From Tubiluchus corallicola (Eukaryota; Animalia; Priapulida), in the NCBI GenBank assembly GCA_030141605.1, contig JAQGDQ010000646.1, positions 1 through 64,000 on the forward strand: a DNA stretch of 64,000 nt, written 5' to 3'. The notes beneath the pieces are model-generated. The model saw only the letters and a list, made by a program, of their open reading frames with translations, was not told where the DNA came from and ran no database searches. Made by a program: the position numbers and the translations under genes. This document shows, piece after piece, positions 1 through 51,756 of this stretch (position 1 is the first letter of the stretch; each line of letters begins with the position of its first letter).

Positions 1-24
1 TGTAATTCTGTTTAATGCTTACAG

Positions 25-400
25 ATGCCTTCAATTCATCATTATATCAATGATTATTTAGAAAATAATAAATTATTTGACTCCCAACATGGATTCACTA
101 TAGGCCATTCTTGTTTGACCAATCTGATAAGTTTTTTCGATGATGTCACTTCTATGCTCGATCACGAAAGTCCTGTTGATATCGTTTATGTTGATTTTGC
201 CAAGGCTTTTGGTAATGTGTCTCATCGAAGACTGCTTAAAAAGATTAAAGCCAATGGTGATTCTGAAGATATCATCAGTTGGGTTGACGATTGCTGGTTT
301 GGAAGAAATCAGCGTGTCGTACTTGATGGTGTAAAAACTTCTGAAAGGTTGGTGACAGGTGTTGTTCCACAGGGATTGGTGCTTCCTATTTTTTCTCTTG
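25..400 (+). mobile_element. Degenerate CR1-group LINE reverse transcriptase fragment
   Basis: QHGF..SCLTNL, VDIVYVDFAKAFGNVSH, QRVVLDG, VPQG RT motifs; truncated after the motif B region. Confidence 0.85.
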
Positions 401-653
401 TTAGGCAGTTTTTTCTCCACTTTTCATGGTGGTCTTACAAGCTTTGTTTCTTGACCACCATTTTAAAATTAAAAAATTAAAATTCTACTGCATGTGCGTG
501 TTCCACTGTTCATGTCTCTCAGTGTGCTCAATACACACATTTATAACACACAGTAATTATCATAATTTGAAAAGTAATTTGTTTGTATTCTAGTCTGTAT
601 TCTGACATAGTTTATTCACAGTAGGTTAGCTATGTATTGCCTATAATTCTAAG

Positions 654-1020
654 TAGGTGTGAGCATCGAACGTTCGAGTTCGAATGTTCGAATCGAATTC
701 GAACCTAAAACTATAGATTCGAATAGTTCGGCACTTCAACCACATAATATTCTTTGTCATTGGAACGGTTGAGGCATACTGCGATTGGCATAATTTTGCT
801 GTGATTTCTGTGCGTATTTTGAACAAATTGCTAGTCGTTTTGTTGCAGAACAGAATTGAGTTGTGTGTATGGTCTTTGTGAGACTGGTTTTTGCTGGTGG
901 TTCGAAGGCTTGTTCGAAGGTCTTTCAATCTCAATGCGAATTCAGTTCAAATTCGAGACGCTGAAGCTCGGTTCCATTTGGATTCGAAAGTCACGGATTC
1001 ACTTTGAATGCTCATCCCTA
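654..1020. mobile_element. hAT-type MITE
   Basis: TIRs TAGGTGTGAGCATCGAA / TTGAATGCTCATCCCTA; 8-bp TSD ATTCTAAG / GTTCTAAG; many subterminal TTCGAA repeats. Confidence 0.75.
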
Positions 1021-1065
1021 GTTCTAAGCTCAATGACTTTTAGAACAGGACATCACAAACATTAA

Positions 1066-2112
1066 CATAGCGTTTACCCATTTAAAACTTAAATTAAATA
1101 GCACCAAAACAGATTTCGTGGTCCTTTCCCCCTTCTCAAATGACAATATAACCAATACTCCAATAAACGTTGAAAATAGCATAATAAAACAGAAAAATAA
1201 TGTAAGTTTTCTTGGTATCTGTGTAGATAATAAACTTTCTTGTGATAACCATTTTAATAAAATTTACGATAAAATGGCATGGGGAACGTCCTACTTACGG
1301 CAGGTGAAAGGTAAACTAACTAAACAGACTAAGTTACTAATTTTTAGAACTCTCATTTTACAGCACTTTTTATACGGATGAACACTTTTTCATGAAGTTT
1401 CAAGAGACAACTATAACAAACTAAATAGTCTTCAAAATTATGCACTAAGATTAGTCGCTGGCTATTCAAATAAAACGTCTCTCATCACAAATCAAACCTC
1501 TGCAACAGAATTAAGAACAATGTTTAAAATCCCAATTTTACAAGCACATAAAGACTTCTACACAATCCTCTTTTTATATAAATACATCAACAATATTAAC
1601 ACGCCCTTCATCAAGAATAAGCTTCCACTCCTCTTGGAGCCAACATTAAATCCAAGAACACACAATATTAAACAAATACGCACTAATAACAAATACGGCA
1701 ACAATTATATCACTAAACAAGGAGTTCAACTTTGGAATACCCTGCCATCAAATTTAAAACAAATCAAGTCTTTCGACGAATTCAAATCAAAATAAAAAAT
1801 ACATACATTAAATCGTTTTGAAAACCCTACATACGTAAACGATAATATACATTCATCCGCAATTTTACTTACCCACATCCATTTTAAATTGTATGTATAT
1901 ATTGTATATGTCTATTATAATTTGCGTGTAACATTATAATGTACATTTTTTTTTAATTTTTGGCACAGTAGTTTTTAGTTTGCACTGGACGCATTTGCCT
2001 TTAACAGTTGTGTGAATTTTATTCTCATGCTGCGATGTTCTTTTATGCTTTTATAGTTATGAATATCGATTTTTATGGCATATAAAGATTATTATATATG
2101 AATATAATAATA
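1066..2112 (+). mobile_element. 5'-truncated, decayed CR1/L2-group LINE (post-RT region and 3'UTR)
   Basis: LKLNSTKT, FLGICVDNKLS, LWNTLPSNLKQIKSFDEFK motifs broken by stops; T-rich 3'UTR ending in AATAATAA. Confidence 0.8.
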
Positions 2113-2115
2113 AAA

Positions 2116-2201
2116 AGAAACCCCATATTTTTCCGCAAAATAATTATAATTATATAATTATATATATATATAATTATTTTGCGGAAAAATATGGGGTTTC
2201 T
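2116..2201. repeat. Perfect 33-bp inverted repeat with a 20-nt A/T-only spacer
   Basis: AGAAACCCCATATTTTTCCGCAAAATAATTATA ... TATAATTATTTTGCGGAAAAATATGGGGTTTCT. Confidence 0.9.
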
Positions 2202-5200
2202 ATTAGTGCACTCAAAACTCACTTAACCCCTAATCATTCAGTATAGCTCTTCATGTTTGTAAGTGATAATTTTTGTAGTATAATAATAGTTCAAATATAA
2301 AAATGAAATGAATGACTTATCTGTGTTTCTGTGTGCTCAATATTCACTTTAATATTACTACATAACCCTAGCTAAACAATTTATGCATTTATACACTTGC
2401 GCACAGTTTGTGTCTAATGTTTGTATGCCTTAAACTCTTCATGTTTGTATGTAATACTTTGGAAAGAATGTATTAAATTGTGCCTTATGAGTAGAAGAGA
2501 ATTATTTGTGCCACATATCTGATTCAGCTTGAAAATTTGGAGTTGAAGCTGACGTGACGAATGTTAAGTGATGGCAATGGTGGTTAGCTCTAAGCCTGGT
2601 CAATGAACAAGTTTGTGTTGTATCCCATTCTCCAGGAACACCTAGTGACCCCTAAAAGCATTTATTCTGGAAGCACAGCTTCGAGTTAACTTCCTTCCAT
2701 TTATAATTTTTTGGCTGGAACTATAATTGCAAACCACTTATGGTGAATTAACATTTAAGTCAATGCGTGATCTGGGTCGCAAACTAAAGTTATGTAATTT
2801 AAACGCTCAACAACAATATATTGCCCATCAATAAAATTTATTATCATACACCAAATTACAACTTTCAAACACGGTAACCCATTAGTAGTTACTTATACGC
2901 CAAATTACATTTAATCACTTTTAGTCACTTAATTTAAGAGCACCTTTCATGCTCATAATTTTGGTAAAATAAAATTTATCAGGCAAACATTAACACTATG
3001 ACATAGGTAAGTATAGTCTATTATACACATGGTCAGACACACACATAATGTTTATATTTGGAAGTTATACGACTTAAAAAGTGCTAGTTAGTAGATGACA
3101 ACAAGGAAAAAAATGTTGTAGGAATTCTTGGAATGTCTAAGCACTCAATGACTTCGCTTTAAAAGTTCATTATGTCATTAATATTGTAAACTATAATTGT
3201 GTATAATTACTGATTTCTCGTCAGATTTCGACAACAAAAACATGATCTTTGAAAGTGAGGAAAATACTTTTACCTACAGACTAGGCCTTTATAAAATGCT
3301 CAACTTTGCTCATTTTTGTAGTCATTAGCTTAAATTAATGTTAAATTTAATTTCACTCAATGATATATTACAGCAAATAAACTTTAAAAAACTATTTTAT
3401 GCTGTACAATCTGCAATTAAAATCTATTTAGCTTAAAGTTACTATAAAAAGAATCGAAAATTTGGCATGCTCAACATACCAAACACCGACTAATTATTAT
3501 TATTTTTATAAATAATTATTATTTCCCCAACAGAAAAAAATTTAACACTGCTATTCACAATTAAGTGACAATTGTTTAACTCTTGCAGGCTTTTCTAAAT
3601 ATTGGCACCAGTAATCAATAAATAATACTTAACAATTAGAATAACAAACATGGAAATAGATCAAAATACACATTACAGGCATGCACCGAGTTTTCAAGCT
3701 TGCTTCAGCAAGTTGAAAACATTCTAGACTGTGCCAATATAGATACATACTAGCATAATATACATTGGAAAATAAATTATTTTTATCACAATATTTTCTT
3801 ATATTAACACACAGATACAATTGACCAAAATAAATCTTCCAATAAATAATTAACATCAAGTATAATAATAAGAACATCTGCATATAGTAACATGACTGTA
3901 TGTGACAACATTAAGGATACATCCAACAATATAGTTATGTTGTAAATGTATAATAATATGCAATAAAATATAATAAATTAACATTTGGGCAGGTCATCCT
4001 ATAAAAACGTATGTTGAAGTGTAAGCAATGAGAAGCAAAATAAGGCTATGAATCGTGTGATATTGTACAATCACTTGCTAGTGTTAACATTTTTGTAGCA
4101 TGACCCATTTTTATTATGTTTAAATTAATTTTTATGGACATTCTTGGAATGACTTAGACTAACACTTTGGTTTTAGCATAATTTAATTATAGCCTAATAA
4201 AATATGAACATAAAAGTATATACGTCTTTAATTTGTCTTATTATAATAATGGTATAGAAAAATTTTGTTCATTAAAGGAGCGGGTAATGTAAAATAGAAG
4301 TAAATATAACTAATCATTTGCAAGATCTTAACAGATGTTTGCTCTATGTAGAGCATTCTCAAAGTAAATACCAACTAATGTCTTAAAAATAAACATGCAA
4401 TACCGTTGCACACTTTTAAAATGAACTGGCCACTTAAAATAGCACACTATATAAATAACAGAGTATGCAAGGAACTACATTAGATAAATCAACATTAGAC
4501 TTTAATTTTCTAGTAGTAAAATTCATAGTACTATGTATGTTACTGATACTGAACAAAGAGTTGAAAAATAACAAACTACAAAATTTACAGAAAACATTGC
4601 ACCTTTTCTATTCATAGTAACAACAGGTATAAGATAAAATCATACAGGGATCTTTTTCAAAACAAAAGGCAATGATGAACAAATCAGAATGGTTTATTAT
4701 TTGCTAAACCACTAAAGAATAAATTGCACACGTATTGAAAAGTAAGTACCTTTTAAATTTATCTAGACATACAAGGGACTACTGCATTATAATGAGAAGT
4801 TCTACTAAGTGAAACAAATAACTGTTTTTTCACTCTCAAGGATGAAATGTGTGGTAGCACTCTATTTGTGCATAATGTGTAATGCGTAATGCCTACATCA
4901 GTTTGTATTTAAACACATGGAAGTGTATCCATGTGTACGTAATACACAATATAAATTATAATGGGTGATGTGTAATCTGTATTCATTCAAAAGTCATTGC
5001 TGTTGTGAGAACATGCATCACGCAGCAATACACAGACAGGAAGATGCCGTTACTGCCATGATTTAGCGAGTTTTCAAATTTTCAGTGAAGCTCTTTGCTG
5101 ATTAGTTTCCTGATCAGGTGAGTTTATGTCATTTCAGAACCTACGCACAATAACATTTCTTCCACTAGAAGTTCTTAAGAAGTGGAAGAAGCTTAAAGTA

Positions 5201-6330
5201 ATGTTGTTCTGCATCTAGTTGCAGTTCTTTCACTAAGTGACCATTTTGTTTTCTCCCCTGCAATATGTTACACACCAAAAACCTGTGCTTTCTTTTGAAA
5301 CCGTCTAACAGTACAATGATAAGCTAATGTCAGCAGTGTGATTATTTCTGGATCACTGTGGTGCTGAAATTTTCACAGAAACTGGCTTCCAAAAATTATT
5401 ATTTCCAATTTTCACAAACAGGAACCAAAAACAGCAGAAAGAGTGCAGTGAGCTTTGTAAATACAAATAGCATTCACAGACAAGTGGACATCATCAATAG
5501 GCATCACACGTTACAGATTATGCATCATGCATCGGAAATAGTACAGTAGAAGTTTTACTTTATTTATGCTAAGGTGAACATGGGTTCAGCTTTCACAATG
5601 AAGTGAAAATACATTAATGACTAGTGAATGAAGTTTAAAGATTATAAAGGTTCAAACATTCATAAAAACTCTGTAAACTCAAGGATTTACTAATAATTCT
5701 ACTCAAAATGGTGCAAACTTGAAATGTTTCTCTTTTCTTGCTAGTAAATGTCACTGCATTCTAAATAAAGTTGCTACAGCCATCTAATAAAGTTATTAAT
5801 AAGCAAGCTAGTGTACTTCTAAGTTTAACGGTTGTCACTCATTATGCTATACCATTGGAAGTAGCACTTCAGATGCAGACTATGAGCTTTTAGAGTTTTT
5901 TAGTTTGTCAAATAGACAGCACCACAGTTATACTTGCATTGTTCAATGAAAAATTTAATGTTTTACTTAATGCTGCTGACTTACATATAAAATTTTTCTA
6001 CATATCACACGTTTGATACTCTTATAAAGATTCTTTAAAGAGATGCAGGGAGCTTCAGCTGATGCAATTTTTTGCTGTTATTTTACACAAATGCTTACAA
6101 CCACATGTTTTACAACAGTATGAGTAAAGTACAATAATAACTATAGTTACAATTCTTTTACCACAACTTTTCAAACACACGTGAAAATTCTCACGTCGAG
6201 ATTTTCTGCCCTCATCAATTTTTCACCGACGAGCAGCAATCTCTGGGATTCCGCATTTGAAAAATAAGTACTTACATCAGGGAAAATCATATATGGGAGA
6301 TTTGGTTTCACATGTTTTACCTCAATTACT

Positions 6331-43729
<37,399 letters not shown>

Positions 43730-45061
43730 GACGTAGCTCCACGTTTACTCAGCTCGGATCGAAACTAAACGATATGTCAGCTAATGAGAGCAGAACCTTG
43801 TGTAGAAACCGTCACGTCGTTTCACCTGGAAAAATAATTGGAAAACCAATTAGCTCGAGTGGCCTGCCATTCAACATTAGAGTTTTGAAAAATTTATATC
43901 CTTGTGCACTGTGAGTATATACCTGCAGCACAACCCACAAGAGATGTTCAAAATTGCCAGGTGTTAGAAGAATCGTCTAATTCTGCTAGCAAATTGCCAA
44001 TTAATTCAAAATTGTTAATTTGGTGATTTGTTTGAATTTGGTTCAGCAATATACTTTCAATTATTCACACTCTGGACATAGTCAGTCGACTTTTTTGTTC
44101 TCTTTACCATCAATCTTTTCTCACACTTTCACTACTGCATGTGCACCACACCACAAACTTATTTTTATTGAAATGGAATTTTAAAGAAAAAAAAAGCAAA
44201 TTATAATGAACTTTAATCTGAAATTTTCAGCAGCTTCCAATAAAGTAAAAGTGAGCAAAAAAGCATTTCCTTACTTTTTACACAACTTTAACAATCAATT
44301 TGTGAGCAGAAATCCATCACTCAATGTCAGGGCATTATTAAAGTTTAAATGGTTGTGGCAGGCAGGAACCCGGCCTATTATCAAGGAAGAGACACAGAAC
44401 CAACACAGGCATTTTAGCCACTTTTAAATGCACATACATACTGCTTCAATGAGAAGGACTATTCAGAGCAAGTATTTTAAAACAAAAAGCAAGTTTTTTG
44501 ACAGTCATCTTCCATTTATTATTCAGATATACTGGCTAACTTTCATAGCTAAGCACGATCCCACTGCATTATCCGTGTGACCACCCAACTATTCCTCGCC
44601 CCCCATTCTCTACCTGAGATGGTGCTAAAATTTATATGAAGTTTCAGAATTTCTCTGTTTCTGAATACCATCAATTTAAACATGTGGATGTTTCAAGAGA
44701 ATTTCATGCAACAAACCAACAAATTTTAGCCAAAGTTTGGCAAAATCAAATTTCATTTTTGTACAATTTCTCAACAATTTGTCATAGATAACAGAAATTC
44801 TTGTTTTTCTCTCATTTATGAAGATGTCACCAGACCACCAACACAGCTGTAAAGAGGAATGTGAGCTATGATTATTTCGCAAGCAGTTAGTTTATGAAGA
44901 AGATCATAAAATGTAGATAGCAAGGCATATGAGGGCTGCTGATAAAACTAGATGGCGCTAGATTGAAGATTCAAGCTCTCACATGAAGTAAAACAATTAC
45001 ATCTGAGTAATATTTGCCATATCTCAGATTTAAACAATATGACAACAGTCTAAAGTTAACC

Positions 45062-45440
45062 AGCCTTTTCACAATTTCCTTGTGCACACGCGCAATTGCT
45101 GCAAATTAAAGGTTAAGTGTACCACAGCAACATGTCTTAACTACAACCGACATATGAGTAAAGCAAAGCCATTGCCACATCAGTTCAGCAACCTCTGTTG
45201 GTTTACGTGGACTTAACTTAATTATGCATTAGTCAGTGCATACAGTGATTTACTAGCAGAGTCTTGCTTGGGAACAAGAAAAAATGAACTAGGTAAGGTT
45301 CTAGCTAGCTGTTAAAACTGTTACTATTACAATAGCTTGGGCTGCAAGGCATTGTCAAGTGCACACAAATACATTATCTGGTGCACTTAACCTTTGACTT
45401 GTTCATGATCGTCATTAATCGCTGAAACTGTGAAATGGCT
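45062..45440 (-). mobile_element. MITE family A, copy 2 (inverted relative to copy 1)
   Basis: Colinear reverse-complement similarity to 13958-14344; TIR AGCCTTTTCACA / TGTGAAATGGCT. Confidence 0.8.
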
Positions 45441-45783
45441 TAGTCACAAAACTAGCCTCAAGATCTGGGATCTATAACCTTTTAAAGCAAAAACAATGGG
45501 TTTAGAGATCTTGGCCAGGCATATCCCTAAGCTTGGTGGTTAGCCCTATAGCTTCATGCATTTTGATTTGGCGGGATGAGGATATGCATACAGAAGCAAC
45601 AAAATGCCACTACCCAGGCATCAACTATTGTCACCATGAGTAATTGTTCTTCATGATAATTAACTGCAGACATATCATATGCTAGCATCAGGTAATTAGA
45701 GGTTAGTTTGTGCAAATGGAGTACATAATTTAATGAAATAATTTTTCTTCTTTTTTAATATTACAACAGTACATATATTTACA

Positions 45784-45838
45784 GTGTGTGTGTGTGTGTG
45801 TGTGTGTGCACGTGTGCGTGCATGAGTGTGCATGTGTG
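45784..45838. repeat. (TG)n microsatellite
   Basis: Direct observation. Confidence 0.9.
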
Positions 45839-48800
45839 TATATTCAGTTCATATACAGTTAATATGTACTTACAGCACTGCATAATACTAATTTAATACT
45901 CAGCTTTGGATGGCTGATTCAATAGCTAATGTTCTCAGCACGCCCCTCTCCAATTGTTTAGTTTTTTTAAATTTATACCTATTTTTCTATGTATTATTAT
46001 TGGGATGAAAACTAACTGTGATATGATTTGCACAAACCAGGCATGTACTGAAACGTTACGTGTAATTCACTGCAACAAAAAACTGTTCAGGGATTTGAGA
46101 TTTTCTTATGACTGTTTTTCACCATGGCAAAAAGGTTGGCAAATTAAGACTGTGCATAACAAACTAATGATACAGCCACATCACGCTGCGACACTAATCT
46201 CGTTATATGATACGCATCACGATACACCTTAGTTAACGTTTGCAGGCTTTATAAAAAAACTAGAGGAAGCTGTTGACAATAAATGCTAAAGAAGTTTATC
46301 ATTCAACAGTTTTAGGATTACTAGTGCTAAAATAACTCGGCAAACCGTTTGATTTTCATTCATTACTCGTATAATATGTAGGCAATCCTTTGCGAGTTAA
46401 GCAGCAGAAAAGCAAAACATATCAATATTTTAGGTTTAAAAGTTGTTTGTGTATTTTCTGGTTCATGTAAAAACTGCCATTTCACAATTTTATATGCAAA
46501 CAATGTAACTAGCTTACGGCAGATTAAGTACTTTGCGTTTTCTATGGCTTTGGCTGATAGCAGAGCCTGTGTTGGGTCAAGTACTGCTCACTGCACTGGT
46601 TGAGAGGTATCTATGGTATACTCTATGGCTGCAGCTTGAACTAATTCACATCGCTTTTATCAACATACAGTTAAGCGCCTGCTAAATTGCTAAATATCAT
46701 TGACACAGATTCAAGTACCATAACAGATAATATCATGATACGGTGATATAAATACTGTGATAAAAGATGTATCAATACATCAATGTATCATAATGGGCTT
46801 ATGACATATGTTATCGTATTATACTAATGTAGAACCTGTACTCTAGGAAAGGGTTCAGACTCATAGCCATAATTGGTACACACCACACACAATGGTAAGC
46901 TACAAGTGCCCATTTGCAATCGAAGGCAAAATAAAAAAATATAATTTGGAATATGTCTTCATATTATGTTCTTATGTCATGCCATCTACCTTCAAGCAAC
47001 CTCAGTGAGGCACGGCTTTATTTCTACTACCGTAGTACTGTGGTACAGCCTCCTTGCCAATGTACCATGACTGTTTATCAAATCCTTCAGGAGGAGTCTC
47101 ATCAGTACCCAGTTCACAAATGAATCTTAGTTATGCTTTTAAATACATTCCAATTTCAAGCAAGCTCAGGCTCTGTTTACCAGACGTCAAAAAAAATAAA
47201 TCAGAGGCAAACCAACTAGGAATTGATAAACATAATTATGCATTTCAGCTTATTTTCATGATAGCTGAGTGGTTGCAAAAATATTCTGTTAAGTGGTAGA
47301 ACAAAGTTTTTCTTGGGAAAATGAACTGAACTGAATAATTACAATCATTATTATTTAAATACGCTTATCATAGAGCAGTTTTTTCTTACTTGATCAAAAC
47401 AATGTGTCTTTCCTGTAATTCCAAATCAGAAGAAAATTTCAGAGATGTCATTGCATACAACCACGTGTAATTAGGCACACTAGGTTACAAATAACTTTTG
47501 TTTTTTAACTCTGTTTGAAGTTTCTAATAAAACACCACATTAAAAATTGATACCAGATATCGTTAGTGTATTGCTGAGAAAAGTACTAGCATTGTATTGC
47601 ATGATATTCGTACCATTGAATTTGCATTCCTACAATTAAATACGTTAGTAAGTCAACGTTTACCATTTTCCAATTCATTTTTACAATTTTAACGCTACGC
47701 ACAATTTACAGCATTTACATTCTTTTTATTCCATGCGCAAGTATCAGTTTCCAAGATTGGTCTTATAAAACTAGGCCTATAACACATTAGATGCCGACTG
47801 ATTAATATCAATGATGTATCCAAGTGAGAAATAAGTTGAAAAAACATTGCAGATCTAGAAATCAGTACAGCACTTTGAAGTTTCTACATAAAATTTATAC
47901 TCACGCATAGTGTTAAACCGAAATCTGCTATAGACAACCAATAACAGGATTAAGCAGCCTTTACAATGATGGGAATCTGTTTCTACAACAAACAACCTTT
48001 CGAATTTCCTCTGCTTTACTACACTGAACTGAAGCCGCAACAAACATGTATGAAAACCACCTAGTTAGCCATTGGGAATTCTGGAAAGCTGGAACAAAAC
48101 AAAGCCAATATTCGATAATGTTTAGTTTAGTTTCGTTTATTTCCAAAATGCCGTTCAATACAAAATTGTTATATTTTAAACAAAAAGCTGTTACAACAAT
48201 AAATAAACAAAATTTAAATTCACCATAATATTGCTATATCGGCTCAGGCCAAGAAGGTAGACTTGTATAGGACTAAGCAAAAGGCAAAAAGGAAAGAGAA
48301 GATGTAAAATGTGCAGGATAAAAAAGTAAAAATAAAATGCATGGGTGGTAGTAAGGGTAAGGAAATGAAAATGAAGATTAGATTCGCATAAGAAAGTAAC
48401 AAAAGACAAATCAATCAGCTGAGTCACTGCAAAAATCTGTAGGTGTCATGCCAGAGACATTAACCTTAACACTTCTTCTATACTTCTTGGTTCTTCTTCT
48501 TTTTCGTTCTTGTACAACATATGACTAATAACGATTACTGTACATTATACAGAAATGAGTTTGTTTTAGAACTCATTTAACTTTATCAACTAATATGACA
48601 GTTAGAGATTATATATACATGTATCTAGGCTATTGATTAATGCAAGATTGGTATGTCTTAAACTTCTTTTATATTTAAAATTTCTTAAAATAATAATAAT
48701 AATAACATAATAACTGGTTGAGCTTGCACATTTGCCGAATATTATTACAGTTTCTGACACAGTCTAAAACGTCTTCTAGTTAATTAATTTTTCTGAAATT

Positions 48801-49229
48801 TTGCATTGTAAATTTTCTAATTGCATTGTAATATACAGTGTATTAATGCTCAAACATTGCAACAGCAGTATAGACCAAATATAAAATTTCGGTAACTAGT
48901 ACATGTCAGACTTTTTACCATGCTTTTAACTGACACCTTTTGCTTGTTGGCCTGATGGCTCACTTGATCAGTTCCGTCGACACGATCTTATTCTCAGTCA
49001 TGTCAGTTTCTATTTCATTGTTAGAACTCCTACCTTGCTTCCAAAATTCCAATCCATTAAACTCGCACAGCAGGTGAAGTCGGAGCACTAGCTGTGCAGT
49101 AAAAACAATTTGGTTGCCATTATTAATATGGCTGTCTACAGTCTAGCAATTATTGACCTAAAAATAGTAAAATTGGTAGTTTTCTGGCTTCAATATCTAT
49201 CTCCTCTAAAGCTGCTGAGAAACTCTATT

Positions 49230-50030
49230 TTGTATACCTCGGATAATTGTGTGAGTAAAAACGTGTATATTTTAAAACACCATCGTCTTTATGACGTCGT
49301 CATTACTTCCGAGCCAAGTTGTTCCTCTGAGCCGTTTAACTGTACATATTTTCGTTATCAGCTGACTGGCTTCTTTAGCATTAAAATTTTGTAGACATTT
49401 TGATCTTGAAGTTGTTTACTATATTATTTGCAATCACTATTTCAAACATTATTTTTCCGTGTCTAGGTGTTCGCCAGCTATAAGTCTTTGAGACTGTCTC
49501 CATAAACGATATCTAGTATTTTGTACGGGAAAAGCGCGCAAAGCAACGGAAATCACGTTGGTGCCATAATGATCGTACTATAAGATTTCTGGTATTAATC
49601 AACTCATACTCGTAATGTGGCTACGACGCGCGTCAAATTGGTTACCAGAAATAGGCAATGTAAAGTTGAAGAAACGTAATGAAAAGATAACTTATTTTGT
49701 GCCTTTGAACAGCGCGTTTTTGACAATTCTGAAATTGAAGAATTAGACTGAAGTCACATATAGCGAACACTATGTGCTCGCTCACACGTTCGCGCTTGCT
49801 CGACATCCCGTGTACCGCAGTGCCACGTGTCGGCTCGCTGTGTGCCACATTACCATGTACTGGAGGAAATGTTGTGAAATGGTACATGGGACGTTCCAGG
49901 TTCCTAACGATTTTCGATGAGTAATCGCGCGTTCGATATGGTGGATTTACCCATTATGACGATTCGCACTGCATTCGTGATTATCCGAAAGGGCTCGCGG
50001 GCCGGCAAGTGGTACAGTGCCACTGTGCCA
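49230..50030. promoter_or_regulatory. CpG-enriched region, candidate EOGT (and possibly SGSM) promoter
   Basis: TGACGTC (49292), ACTTCCG (49305), many CG/CGCG in otherwise CpG-poor DNA; minus-strand donor GAG|GTATAC at 49237. Part of the region could be a TE. Confidence 0.35.
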
Positions 50031-50084
50031 CCTATGTTATAACTTAGAATATAGTACTCTATAGCTATTAATTATTTATTAATA

Positions 50085-50729
50085 AGTGTGTTTGCAAACC
50101 AAAACCGTCCATAAGTCGGCATAGTTAAAACTACGTTAGAATGCACCAAAATTTTGGTCTAATGTTAATTTTTTTATAAAAACAAATGCTAAATATATTA
50201 GACTTCTATATTCTTGCATCAAATTGCCAAGAAAATGTCCAACAAAATACTCAAAATTTAATTTTATAACCCAGTGCCCATTTCTCTGCCTAGAAATTAG
50301 TACTGCCATTGCAAAAAACTTGTATTTTCACTAGTACTCCGATAGTAGCTCGTGTAAGTCATTTTGCTTCCATTTTTTTCTGTTAACAAGCCCAAATCTT
50401 CCTCAGAAAGAGCCATCTACTGGATTTAAACATAACTTCAATGTGCTCTTACAGAGTCCATAGCAACCAGACTTTCGTACAGTTGCTAAGTGTTTTGGGG
50501 AGACGCGACAAAAAACAATGGTTGACTTGAACAGTGATTTTCTCAACATTATGTTTTTCACTACATAGCCTTCATGTCAACTTCAATGTGGATTATCTCA
50601 GCTTAGAAATAACATAGAGCGATGAGCTTGCTATCAAAATGATTCTCATAAAATGGAGATTCAGGGCATGTGAATAAGTAGAAAATGTTAATTGTCAACT
50701 TATGGACGATTTTGCTATGTAAGCACACA
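50085..50729 (+). mobile_element. MITE family B, copy 2
   Basis: Same TIRs and internal sequence as 25495-26148. Confidence 0.85.
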
Positions 50730-51110
50730 TATCCTAAATTATTTAATAATTTTTTGTGTTTCATAATGACCTGAATTGTGATGGCAAGGGCTACACAGTG
50801 TTATAGTGCACAGGGATGTTGAGCAAGTGCAAACGTCCCACATGGTATTCTCATAGACCAGCTAACACATATTATTTGGATTGTCCTTATTTACCTTTCA
50901 CCAAGTTTTCGTTTTTTTAAATACAAAGGTAACTAAGTATGAAGTTTCAGCCCTGTAAATTGTAAACAATTATTATCAAATTAGACTTGGATGTTAAAGC
51001 GCATAAAACCTATTATTTTAGCATTAAATTTTAGTTGTTTCCAACTTGAACTTGGATGCTGGAACCTATGTCATCATTTGGAAATGTGGCTAAACTGGTG
51101 TCCTCAGTCT

Positions 51111-51352
51111 TAATAATAATGATAATGATAATAATAATGATTTTGTTTAGAACATAGTCCGTGGATAACACCAACTTAATTTATTTCCAAGGTGGTCCAA
51201 GGTTGTTATTTCCCACATGCTACTTTGATAAACCTGCATGCTTGGTTGAAAAACCAGCAATAGCACTTTATAAGTCTTTGTGTGGCTCGGCTGGGAGTTG
51301 AACCCTCGAGCTCCTGGGTGGGAAGCGAGCACGCTATCATTTACCACGCTAC
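51111..51352 (-). mobile_element. tRNA-derived SINE
   Basis: Minus strand: A-box-like TAGCGTGGTAAATG, B-box GGTTCAACTCC, body CACACAAAGACTTATAAAGTG, (ATT/ATC)n tail. Confidence 0.75.
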
Positions 51353-51756
51353 TTTCGCATTTTGGCTTTGTATGCACAATACTGTGTGCATGCATTTCCC
51401 CCTTAATATTTTTCTCTTTGAAAAAGAGTGTGCACACATCTTAACGTGACTAAGACAATTTAATTCATTGGGGTTCAGTCTAATGATTGGCTGACTGAAG
51501 TGGGCACATGCATTAAGACATTTACTAGAAGAAACCTGCTTAACATTTAGGAGAAGGCTACAGATGTGCATATACCTTGTGAATGCATTGGGCTGTATAT
51601 GACGTCTTACTGTGGCTTAGTTGTCATATGTGGGCAACGCATTGCAAGTAATGGTGCTACCAGGCCTTCTGATTGAATTGAAAGGTTGTAATCCGGAATT
51701 TCTTTTTAACATTTTGTATTTTCAGGAAGTTTTTGTCTAGAATTGCAAAAGGCAAC

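Noticed and set aside
4913-4936. 9-bp stem-loop in the putative 3'UTR resembling an iron-responsive element
   Set aside because: Lacks the CAGUGN loop and bulged C, and the resemblance is on the non-mRNA strand.
46990-47130. Minus-strand peptide LRFICELGTDETPPEGFDKQ, reminiscent of a HECT or lectin fragment
   Set aside because: Short, bounded by stops, with no convincing splice context; cannot be supported without a search.
51280-51352. Functional tRNA gene
   Set aside because: Has A/B boxes but no proper acceptor stem, and continues into a SINE body with a simple-repeat tail.
51733-51756. N-terminal extension of EOGT in the ORF track
   Set aside because: Starts at TTG; the first ATG (51757) directly begins a signal peptide.
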